Shown: positions 25,032 through 32,000 of the stretch, in pieces
How positions within the stretch are numbered: the first letter of the stretch is position 1
How the letters are laid out: each line of letters begins with the position of its first letter
From: an uncultured bacterium
Lineage (GTDB): Bacteria; GCA-001730085
Length of the DNA: 32,000 bases
NCBI GenBank assembly: GCA_964565945.1
Contig: CAZMGY010000036.1
Location: 1 to 32,000 of the forward strand
Reading direction: 5' to 3'
Made by a program: the position numbers and the translations under genes
The notes under the pieces: generated by a model
The model's database searches: none
What the model saw: only the letters and a program-made list of their open reading frames with translations
Told to the model about the DNA's origin: nothing

Positions 25032-27078
25032 GCTCGGAGTCGAAGAACTTCCCGTATCCTATATTAAACCTGCGTTGCGAGGCTTCGCGACTTCTCTTAA
25101 GAATTGTCTTAAAGAAGAACGTCTATTAGACGATGAACCCATCATTTCAACCATGGCAACACCTCGACGACTTACGGTTTTTATAGAAGGATTCGCCTCC
25201 AAACAAACAGCCGAAACCAAGGATATTTTTGGACCACCTCTGAAAGCTGCCAAAAATAAAGACGGCAACTGGAGCAAAGCCTCCTTGGGATTCGCAAAAA
25301 AAAACAATGTCGCCGTTGAATCCATCACAACACAAACTGATGCCAAAGGGATTGAAAAACTTTACATTCAGCAAACACTTCCAGAGCATACTGCCACAGA
25401 AGTTCTCGCTCAACATTTGCCACAACTGATTCAAGCAATCAAAACACCCAAGACCATGCGTTTTGTTCCGTTTAAACCCTTACGCTTTGCCAGACCACTT
25501 TGTTGGATTGTGGCCTTGCTCAATGAGGAAATCATTCCCTTTGAGATGGATGGCCTGCGATCGGATAGAGTCACTTATGGTCATCGCTTTGCCGTACACA
25601 ACGAAGCCCTCGAATTGGCAACCGCTGACATCGTCACCTACGAAAACAAGTTAAGCCAATTGCGCGTTATGGCCGATCCCAATAAACGTCGCAAAGTGAT
25701 TGAAGTTCTGTTAAAAGACGAAGCTCAAAAAATATGCACTAATCCAAACTGGGAACAGCTTTTAGACCAAGATCTTTTGGAAATCGTAACCTATTGCGTA
25801 GAGTGGCCCGATATTGTGATGGGGGAGTTTAACGCCGAATTTTTGAAAATCCCTCACATCGTGCCCATTACCTCAATGAAACACCATCAAAAGTATTTTC
25901 CTGTGATCGATGAGAAACGTGGTCTGTTGCCTTTCTTTTTAAGCATCACCAATGGGGTGGGTAACAAAGAAGCTATTGCCACTGGAAACGAGCGGGTGAT
26001 TTCAGCTCGCTTGGCCGATGCTGTTTTCTTTTGGAAAGAAGACACCAAAGTTGCTTTATCAAAACGTTATAACGATCTCAAAGCAATGATGTACCAAAAA
26101 GACATTGGATCGTACTGGGACAAAACCGAATCGACACGTGCTTTAGCACAATCTCTTTGCCAAAATGCGCGCTTAGATCCGCAAAGGGCTGAGTTTGTCG
26201 ACCGAGCCATCATGTTGTCCAAAATTGATCTCATTACCCAGATGGTCTATGAATTCCCTGAGCTTCAGGGTGAAATGGGGGGTGAATACGCCCAATTAAG
26301 CCAAGAAGAGCCTCAGGTTATTAATGCTTTACAACAGCAATACAGCCTCGAAGCGGTGGAAGAAGATGTGGCCAATATGCTCATCGCAGCAGATCGCCTT
26401 GATACCTTGCAGCAAGCGTTTCGGATCGGCACCAAAGTGTCGGGATCATCGGATCCTTATGGTCTGCGCCGTGCAGCCTTAACCCTTATTCAAGTGCTCC
26501 ACCATACCAAATGGTTTCTCCCTATTGAGGGGGAAAATTTAGTTCCTTTTGTGATGGAACGTCTTAAGGGCTATGCTCAAGATCAACTCAACATCCGTTA
26601 CGATGTGGTCGAAGCGGTGCTCAAAACCGTCGGAAACGAAATCAATGTAGCCGATGTTCTCAAGCGAATGAAAACCATCCAAGAGGCCATTGACTCCAAT
26701 ATCTCTTTTGGAGATCTTTTACTGCTTTGTGGTCGCATTGTGAATATTCTTAAACAAGCCAATGACAAACATGGCTGGAACGGACAAGTTACTTTCAATG
26801 CCAATCTTAGCAAACAAGTGGTCGAAACAGCCGTTGATCAAGCCTTTCAAAACATATCCACCGAAGAGATCATATACAAGGATCTCTTCGAAGGATTAAC
26901 CCAACTCAAGACACCTTTGGATGATTTTTTTGAACAGGTAATGGTGCTCTGTGACGACGAAAAGCAACGTAACAACCATTTGGCTCTTCTGCAACAGATT
27001 GCTAACATTGTTCAACCGATTGCCGATTTTTCAATGATCACCAAAAACAACTCTAGCAAAGTCTGCTCTGTTAACTGA
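25006..27078 (+). CDS. glyS: Glycine--tRNA ligase beta subunit
   Basis: GlyS N-terminus [11 protein letters not shown] and a product of about 690 aa. I prefer ATG 25006 (a 26-nt overlap with glyQ) over the listed 24979. Confidence 0.9.
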   Translation: MVTNRLLIELGVEELPVSYIKPALRGFATSLKNCLKEERLLDDEPIISTMATPRRLTVFIEGFASKQTAETKDIFGPPLKAAKNKDGNWSKASLGFAKKNNVAVESITTQTDAKGIEKLYIQQTLPEHTATEVLAQHLPQLIQAIKTPKTMRFVPFKPLRFARPLCWIVALLNEEIIPFEMDGLRSDRVTYGHRFAVHNEALELATADIVTYENKLSQLRVMADPNKRRKVIEVLLKDEAQKICTNPNWEQLLDQDLLEIVTYCVEWPDIVMGEFNAEFLKIPHIVPITSMKHHQKYFPVIDEKRGLLPFFLSITNGVGNKEAIATGNERVISARLADAVFFWKEDTKVALSKRYNDLKAMMYQKDIGSYWDKTESTRALAQSLCQNARLDPQRAEFVDRAIMLSKIDLITQMVYEFPELQGEMGGEYAQLSQEEPQVINALQQQYSLEAVEEDVANMLIAADRLDTLQQAFRIGTKVSGSSDPYGLRRAALTLIQVLHHTKWFLPIEGENLVPFVMERLKGYAQDQLNIRYDVVEAVLKTVGNEINVADVLKRMKTIQEAIDSNISFGDLLLLCGRIVNILKQANDKHGWNGQVTFNANLSKQVVETAVDQAFQNISTEEIIYKDLFEGLTQLKTPLDDFFEQVMVLCDDEKQRNNHLALLQQIANIVQPIADFSMITKNNSSKVCSVN

Positions 27079-27165
27079 TTTTCAATTTAACGAATCAGGG
27101 CATCGTAACTAACTTTTGTTTTAATGACAAACCAGGGTCAAGCAAGACTCCTAGCGAAACAACAA

Positions 27166-27194
27166 TTGCCTAAATCTAAAGGAAGTGATAAAAT
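27166..27194 (+). promoter_or_regulatory. Candidate promoter upstream of the PilZ gene
   Basis: TTGCCT (27166-27171), a 17-nt spacer, then TAAAAT (27189-27194). An AGGAG SD lies before ATG 27233. Pattern only. Confidence 0.35.
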
Positions 27195-27232
27195 TAACTG
27201 TGAATTTTTAATATTTTTTAGGAGCATAAGCT

Positions 27233-27646
27233 ATGATTTGGCAAGGGTTTAGCAATCGAAAATTTCCACGTATCGATTCGGATATTGCCATAATCATGAT
27301 CCAAGAATCAAGCAACACCACACTTTCGGCCCAGATCAAAAATATTGGCGTTGGGGGACTATGTGTTGTGATTTCCAAGCAAGTTAAAATTTACGATACC
27401 GTCGAAGTTTCATTCCAATTACCCATTTTAGAAAAATCTATCACCTGCAAAGCACAAGTGGTCTGGACAGTTAAAACATTTGTCGAAGAAGAGCCTGTAT
27501 ACGACGTCGGCTTGCAGTTTATTTGCATAAAAAAACAAGATAAGGACCATTGCAATCGCTTTGTCGAAAGCTTGAGTTCAGCTGAGCAATACAACAATTT
27601 TCCACCATCTGACGAAAATGATTCAAAAGAGGAACAACTGGCATGA
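27233..27646 (+). CDS. PilZ-domain protein (putative c-di-GMP receptor)
   Basis: RxxxR motif (NRKFPR) near the N-terminus, followed by the (D/N)xSxxG-like stretch NIGVGG, where S is replaced by G. Beta-barrel-like body and an acidic tail. Confidence 0.6.
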   Translation: MIWQGFSNRKFPRIDSDIAIIMIQESSNTTLSAQIKNIGVGGLCVVISKQVKIYDTVEVSFQLPILEKSITCKAQVVWTVKTFVEEEPVYDVGLQFICIKKQDKDHCNRFVESLSSAEQYNNFPPSDENDSKEEQLA

Positions 27647-27963
27647 TTAGCATAGACGATTTTAAAAACATCGAGCTCCGCGTAGGCACGATTTTAGAAG
27701 CCAAAGAACACCCTAATGCCGATCGCCTCTACTTGCTCAAAATCGATCTCGGCCAAGAAGAGCGTCAGATCGTGGCTGGCATTCGTGACAGCTATAACCC
27801 CGAAGAACTCAAAGGACGCCAGATGGTTTTGCTGGCTAATCTACAGCCAGCTAAAATTCGTGGCATCGAAAGCCATGGCATGCTGCTGGCAGGTCGCAGC
27901 GAAGATCAAGTGATTCTCTTAAGCCTGGCAGAGCACATCCCTAATGGAACACCTCTTAGTTAG
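27643..27963 (+). CDS. Stand-alone tRNA-binding-domain protein (CsaA/YgjH/EMAP-type OB fold)
   Basis: FKNIELRVGTILEAKEHPNADRLYLLKIDLG...GIESHGMLLA matches the tRNA-binding domain found at the C-terminus of MetRS/PheRS-beta and in CsaA. ATGA overlap with the PilZ gene. Confidence 0.8.
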   Translation: MISIDDFKNIELRVGTILEAKEHPNADRLYLLKIDLGQEERQIVAGIRDSYNPEELKGRQMVLLANLQPAKIRGIESHGMLLAGRSEDQVILLSLAEHIPNGTPLS

Positions 27964-27973
27964 GGGATGCGGT

Positions 27974-28693
27974 ATGAAATATCGGATTAATAAATTTTTA
28001 GCCACAGCTGGCATCGCCTCACGTCGACAAGCCGAAAAGCTCATTCAAGTGGGGAGAGTCTCGGTCAATGGAAAGGTTGTCATCAATTTAGCCACCACCG
28101 TGGATAGCGAGAACGACGTGGTCTGTTTCGATGCCGAGGAAGTCACGCTTAAAAAAGATAAAGTCTACGTAGTTGTTAACAAACCCGTCGGCTATATTTG
28201 TTCCCACAACGATCCGCAAGGTCGTCCTCAGGCCAACCAACTGCTGCCCGACAAAGAAGAACAGCGCTTATTTAGCATTGGTCGCCTCGATATTGACACC
28301 GAAGGATTGCTCTGCTTCACTAATGATGGGTCCCTAGCTCATCGTACGGCTCACCCTAAATATGTTCTCGATAAAGAATATCTTGTACTCTTGAATAAAC
28401 CGCTTAAACAAGACCATCAAATTCAAATCAAGCAGGCTTCGTACATGCTAAACGACGGTCCAGCCCCTAAGGCCCGACTGCTTCAAAGAGATTGCGCCAG
28501 TTTATTGTGGAGTCTTACCATCACCGAAGGACGCAACCGCATCATTAGGCGCATGTTTGAGGCGCTCGACTACAAAATCATGTCACTTAAAAGAATCACC
28601 ATTGGCCCCATCAAGCTGGCTGAGCTTCCGCTGGGCAAATACCGCTACTTAAACGAAGGAGAAATCAAGGCTTTACGAAAACGTCTACTTTAA
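27974..28693 (+). CDS. Pseudouridine synthase, RsuA/RluB family, with an N-terminal S4 domain
   Basis: S4 region RINKFLATAGIASRRQAEKLIQVGRVSVNG and the catalytic motif GRLDIDTEGLL. The start was trimmed from 27944 to ATG 27974. Confidence 0.85.
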   Translation: MKYRINKFLATAGIASRRQAEKLIQVGRVSVNGKVVINLATTVDSENDVVCFDAEEVTLKKDKVYVVVNKPVGYICSHNDPQGRPQANQLLPDKEEQRLFSIGRLDIDTEGLLCFTNDGSLAHRTAHPKYVLDKEYLVLLNKPLKQDHQIQIKQASYMLNDGPAPKARLLQRDCASLLWSLTITEGRNRIIRRMFEALDYKIMSLKRITIGPIKLAELPLGKYRYLNEGEIKALRKRLL

Positions 28694-28718
28694 AAACGAG
28701 GGGAGTATACTTAAAACC

Positions 28719-29486
28719 ATGCGAAAAATTTTTCTTTTCATATTTGTGCTCGATATCCTACTAATTGCCGTTCTCTTTTTTAGCTCAATCACCTTATCGG
28801 GAACCTTTTGCCAACCTTGGCTCGATAAACTGACTCATAAAAACAACCTAATCATCAGATTTGATTCCGTCTCGTTCAACTTACGCAAATCTCATTTTAA
28901 AAACCTTTCTCTAGCCATCGGAGATTTTGAGCTTTTTCGAAGCGAAACATTGCATACCCACTACAAATACAGTCAAATCTTTAGCGGGAACTGGGCCAAT
29001 TTTTGGATTCAAGCCAATCAACTGACCTTATCACCACCACCAAAGGCGCTCATGGACATCGATACCATCAATGTCGATCAGCTCACGTTTAAAATCAAAG
29101 GTGGCTTAGGCTTAAGTCGATCCTCCTTCACAGGAGAAGGGGAGATTGACCTCGTCAACACAGATGCCCAAAGCGACACCCTGTTTGTCAAAAAATTGGG
29201 TCAGTTTTTACGCCTAACATCTTTTGAAATCCTGCATGTCGAAAAAATTACTTTGAAATTCAAACACGACGGAGTAAAATTAACCTTCCCCGAAGTTACT
29301 GGGAGTTCGGATGATTTTACCATTCAAGGACACGCCTCGTACGACTGGGGTAAAGATTTAAATAGTAGTTTTAAGCTGGTTTATGAGTCATATATACCTG
29401 GTAAAGACATCAAGGAAGGTTCGAAAAAACTAAGCTTTTCAGTTTACGGCCCCTTAAAAAAACCAGAATACCGTATCACGGGCTAA
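28719..29486 (+). CDS. Hypothetical N-terminally membrane-anchored protein (255 aa)
   Basis: One N-terminal hydrophobic helix (IFLFIFVLDILLIAVLFF), then a beta-rich sequence with no motif I can name. Confidence 0.55.
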   Translation: MRKIFLFIFVLDILLIAVLFFSSITLSGTFCQPWLDKLTHKNNLIIRFDSVSFNLRKSHFKNLSLAIGDFELFRSETLHTHYKYSQIFSGNWANFWIQANQLTLSPPPKALMDIDTINVDQLTFKIKGGLGLSRSSFTGEGEIDLVNTDAQSDTLFVKKLGQFLRLTSFEILHVEKITLKFKHDGVKLTFPEVTGSSDDFTIQGHASYDWGKDLNSSFKLVYESYIPGKDIKEGSKKLSFSVYGPLKKPEYRITG

Positions 29487-29517
29487 CATAAATCAAATTG
29501 GGGTTTTGAGGGATTTT

Positions 29518-30210
29518 ATGGCCGATACACAACTTGATCTACAATCGGAATTGTTTGAAGATTTTAAAGAGCATCACCAACGGAATCAAACACGTTCCAA
29601 GGAGTCTTCCAATAGTGTTTTTAACTTGGCTTTGCTTAAAAAAACCAAAGTAACTATTCCCTTTGACACATTACTAATCATCGCCCTGATGTTCATCTTT
29701 GTCATTATGACCTTCTATTTTTTAGGGGTTCAGCGCGGTAAAAATATTCAAGGCCAAACGATTGTGACCATCGAAAAAAACCCTGGATCAACGAAAAGAA
29801 TAACCGTTGTGTCGCAGCAAAGAAAACTGCTTCAGCTCCCTCAAGTGGTCGAGCCCAAAGCCAAAGTCAAACCTGAGCTAAGCACAGCCAAAATTAATCT
29901 GGCTCCTGTTAACAATTTACCAACCCCTGTCCTTCCTCAAGTCCCAACCAAAAAAGGGGTACAACCCAAACCCAAAAAATACACCATTCAGGTGGGTGCC
30001 TCCCGTAATCGCGAAGCGGCGAGAAAAGACATTGTCAAATTACAACAGAAGGGTTACGACGCTTTTTTATCACCTTACACTTCGTCCAATGGGAAAAAAT
30101 GGTATAAGCTCTGTGTGGGACGTTTCAAAAAAACGACTGATGCCAAAAGTCTTATCAAAACACTTAAAACAAAAGAAAGGAAACGCGATTGCTTTCTCAC
30201 AAATCTTTAA
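29518..30210 (+). CDS. SPOR-domain (peptidoglycan-binding) membrane protein
   Basis: A central transmembrane helix and a Pro/Lys-rich linker. The C-terminal SPOR-like domain reads YTIQVGASRNREAARKDIVKLQQKGYDAFL...WYKLCVGRFKKTTDAKSL. ATG 29518 (SD GAGGGA) is preferred over the listed TTG 29506. Confidence 0.75.
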   Translation: MADTQLDLQSELFEDFKEHHQRNQTRSKESSNSVFNLALLKKTKVTIPFDTLLIIALMFIFVIMTFYFLGVQRGKNIQGQTIVTIEKNPGSTKRITVVSQQRKLLQLPQVVEPKAKVKPELSTAKINLAPVNNLPTPVLPQVPTKKGVQPKPKKYTIQVGASRNREAARKDIVKLQQKGYDAFLSPYTSSNGKKWYKLCVGRFKKTTDAKSLIKTLKTKERKRDCFLTNL

Positions 30211-31343
30211 TTCTCAGTTTTGTTTCAATCTATTTAGGCGTTATTCCACTGCTACAGGCACAGGAATCGTCAATCCTTTATGTTGGTGAGGTCACTGGAT
30301 CACATGTGAATATCCGCACAGGGCCCCACACCAGTCATCGGATCGTCTATACTGCACCCCAAGGACAAAAACTTTATGCACTCGAAGAAAATAATGACTG
30401 GGTTAAAGTCAAACTCCCCGAAGAAGCCAATGTTTGGATTCATGGCGACTTGGTCAACAAAGTCAGCAACACCCGAGGCATTGTCACCAAAGGAGCGGTC
30501 AACCTGCGTGTACGACCAAGCACTAATACATTTATCATGGGACAAGCCCATAAAGATCAAGAGGTCACCATTCGCGGAGAAAAATTTGGTTGGTATCAAA
30601 TCCAAACACCAGACAATTTGAATGCTTGGATAGTCAAAATCTATTTCAAAAAACTCATGAGCCTCAATGAATTTCGTAAGCAACAGCGTACCAGCAAAGT
30701 GCAATCGATCTATCGTAATATCGAACAAATACACAATGAAGAGCTACTGAAACCTAAAGATCAACGTGATTATTCTTTTCTCTTAGATAAATACAAATAC
30801 CTGATGAATCATTTTCCCGATTTTCCCGAAGCCAAATTGGCCGAATATCGCTATAAAGAAGTTCAAGGCTGGTTGGCCGAAAAGGCTTGGAACAAACTGG
30901 AACTTTCTTGGCAGCAAGCCCTTAAATCATCGCAAGAGACCATTGATATGAAATCCTTTATTTCGCGTTATAAAAAATTCATAAGCCTTTATCCTAAAAC
31001 AAGTTACACAGATATAACAAAGGAGCGCTTGCACTTTTTAGAAAAAACAACTACAATTGCTAGATTCGACGGTGTTTCTATGTTGAAACAAGGTCAGACT
31101 CGAGAATCAAACCTAAAAGGGGTTGTTCATGATTTAGGCAAGTTAATTAATCGACCTGCCACACACAAATTGGTTCGTGATGGTGAAATCATATGCCTAA
31201 TACGTTCCGAAAAGTTTGATCTCGGTGATTACGTTTACAGAAATGTTGAGCTCAAAGGCTCATTAATCGACGTTAAGGGATGGGATATCCCAATACTGGA
31301 TGTTAAAGATATTAAGGTACATTCCTGGAAGGGGAAATTTTAA
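30189..31343 (+). CDS. Secreted protein with two bacterial SH3 (SH3b) repeats and an uncharacterised C-terminal half
   Basis: Signal peptide (LILSFVSIYLGVIPLLQAQ). Two SH3b-like units (VNIRTGPHTSHRIVYTAPQGQKLYALEENNDWVKV; VNLRVRPSTNTFIMGQAHKDQEVTIRGEKFGWYQI). The only available start is TTG 30189, which overlaps the SPOR gene by 22 nt. Confidence 0.7.
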   Translation: MLSHKSLILSFVSIYLGVIPLLQAQESSILYVGEVTGSHVNIRTGPHTSHRIVYTAPQGQKLYALEENNDWVKVKLPEEANVWIHGDLVNKVSNTRGIVTKGAVNLRVRPSTNTFIMGQAHKDQEVTIRGEKFGWYQIQTPDNLNAWIVKIYFKKLMSLNEFRKQQRTSKVQSIYRNIEQIHNEELLKPKDQRDYSFLLDKYKYLMNHFPDFPEAKLAEYRYKEVQGWLAEKAWNKLELSWQQALKSSQETIDMKSFISRYKKFISLYPKTSYTDITKERLHFLEKTTTIARFDGVSMLKQGQTRESNLKGVVHDLGKLINRPATHKLVRDGEIICLIRSEKFDLGDYVYRNVELKGSLIDVKGWDIPILDVKDIKVHSWKGKF

Positions 31344-31345
31344 TT

Positions 31346-31513
31346 ATGAGTATTCATTCAAGCTTAGCCAAAAAAGGTTTTGGTAAAGGACATCGCAATG
31401 TTTTTAAACGTTTCGAGCGTATTAAAAAACTCATCGAAGAAGAGCGTTGGACCGAAGATAGCGAAGTTCTTGGAATGCCAAAAATTAAATCGATCAAGCT
31501 TAAGAAAAAGTAG
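31346..31513 (+). CDS. Small basic protein (55 aa); absent from the ORF track
   Basis: My translation is MSIHSSLAKKGFGKGHRNVFKRFERIKKLIEEERWTEDSEVLGMPKIKSIKLKKK*. The pattern (RNV..R.ERI......W.E.DS..G.PK, lysine tail) matches my memory of the 'small basic protein' family (I recall TIGR04137) annotated in planctomycete-type genomes. It starts 2 nt after the SH3b gene stop. The antisense ORF 31354-31566 in the track is then spurious. Confidence 0.6.
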   Translation: MSIHSSLAKKGFGKGHRNVFKRFERIKKLIEEERWTEDSEVLGMPKIKSIKLKKK

Positions 31514-31551
31514 TTTTTCAAGTTAACGGACATTGTTTTAAGGGGTGGGGT

Positions 31552-31752
31552 GTGCATGATTTCCATAAAGAAAAGCTAGTTACATACCTATGGTGTGAAC
31601 AAGAACAGTATTGCAAAAATATTCCCAAGAATATGATTATTGCCTTCACCTTTGAAACTAAAGTTCCGTCCATATCCCAAGCCGATATCGAGCAAATGAA
31701 ACAATTCCTCAAAAATCATAAAATTCCTCGCGATGGCCACATGTTTGAATAA
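31552..31752 (+). CDS. Hypothetical 66-aa protein (GTG start); coding status uncertain
   Basis: ORF preceded by AAGGGGTGGGG. No recognisable motif. Its 3' end overlaps the DinG-like start by 20 nt. Confidence 0.3.
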   Translation: MHDFHKEKLVTYLWCEQEQYCKNIPKNMIIAFTFETKVPSISQADIEQMKQFLKNHKIPRDGHMFE

Positions 31753-32000
31753 CCAGCATTGGATTAAGCGTCTCGCCAGCATTCATCCCAACTATGAACA
31801 TCGTAGCCAGCAAGAAACCATGCTCAAACATGTTCAGGATTTGCTCGAAAGTCATGGTGCTCTCATGATTGAAGCGGGTACTGGGGTCGGTAAAACCCTG
31901 GCCTACCTGATTCCCTTGCTCTCACATCTACCTCAACTTGAGCCCCCAGTGGTTATCTCGACATCCACCATTTCCTTGCAAGAGCAACTTTTGCACAAAG
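31733..32000 (+). CDS. DinG/Rad3-family ATP-dependent DNA helicase, N-terminal fragment (continues beyond the window)
   Basis: My translation from ATG 31733 is MATCLNNQHWIKRLASIHPNYEHRSQQETMLKHVQDLLESHGALMIEAGTGVGKTLAYLIPLL... It has the Walker A motif AGTGVGKT in the DinG-typical context. It is not in the ORF track because it runs off the window. Confidence 0.75.
   Translation, partial: MATCLNNQHWIKRLASIHPNYEHRSQQETMLKHVQDLLESHGALMIEAGTGVGKTLAYLIPLLSHLPQLEPPVVISTSTISLQEQLLHK

Noticed and set aside
31354-31782. Minus-strand ORFs 31354-31566, 31518-31712 and 31588-31782.
   Set aside because: The first is antisense to the family-like small basic protein gene. The others overlap each other and the plus-strand ORFs, and they lack SD sequences and recognisable features.
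1-32000. A scan for CRISPR arrays, IS elements or transposases, toxin-antitoxin pairs, restriction-modification or other defence genes, and long direct or inverted repeats.
   Set aside because: None was seen. All ORFs above 100 aa are accounted for by housekeeping or envelope functions. The only exact repeat noticed is the 15-mer reported in the findings.

Overview
This window is a compact chromosomal region dominated by housekeeping genes, and by eye it is moderately AT-rich. I count about 37 protein-coding genes, one tRNA-Arg(CCU) and one decayed gene remnant. I found no rRNA, CRISPR array, transposase, integrase or phage genes.

Gene order:
- Plus strand: an orphan gene fragment, then a tightly packed trpS-scpA-scpB-pheA-tyrA-aroA-cmk block and a plsC relic.
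- Plus strand, continued: ppdK, a CaCA antiporter, a sigma-70 family factor, apt and tRNA-Arg.
- Plus strand, continued: a four-gene envelope cassette of unknown function, then trxA-bioD and a LolA-like gene.
- Minus strand: a complete glycine-cleavage operon, gcvT-gcvH-gcvPA-gcvPB, ending in an LplA-family gene.
- Plus strand: a GalE-like epimerase, rfbC, glyQ, glyS, a PilZ protein, a tRNA-binding-domain protein and a pseudouridine synthase.
- Plus strand, to the window end: a membrane protein, a SPOR protein, an SH3b protein, a small basic protein, a small ORF and the 5' end of a DinG-like helicase.

Many gene junctions are ATGA or TAATG overlaps, which suggests translational coupling. Several ORF-track starts needed trimming because the listed ORFs run upstream, out of frame, into the preceding gene. 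Two real-looking genes under 60 aa are missing from the ORF track.

The taxon cannot be fixed from the sequence. The small basic protein family, the SPOR/SH3b envelope genes, the split GcvP and the two-subunit GlyRS are compatible with a PVC-group or related lineage, but this is inference.

I do not see a convincing new multi-gene system such as a defence island, toxin-antitoxin pair or secretion system. The items most worth a second look are:
- the coupled TPM-lipoprotein / UPF0104 / orphan / mini-lipoprotein cassette (12922-15171);
- a G10 homopolymer immediately upstream of the sigma factor start;
- the frameshifted and truncated plsC relic after cmk;
- the long gcvT upstream region, which lacks recognisable glycine-riboswitch motifs.
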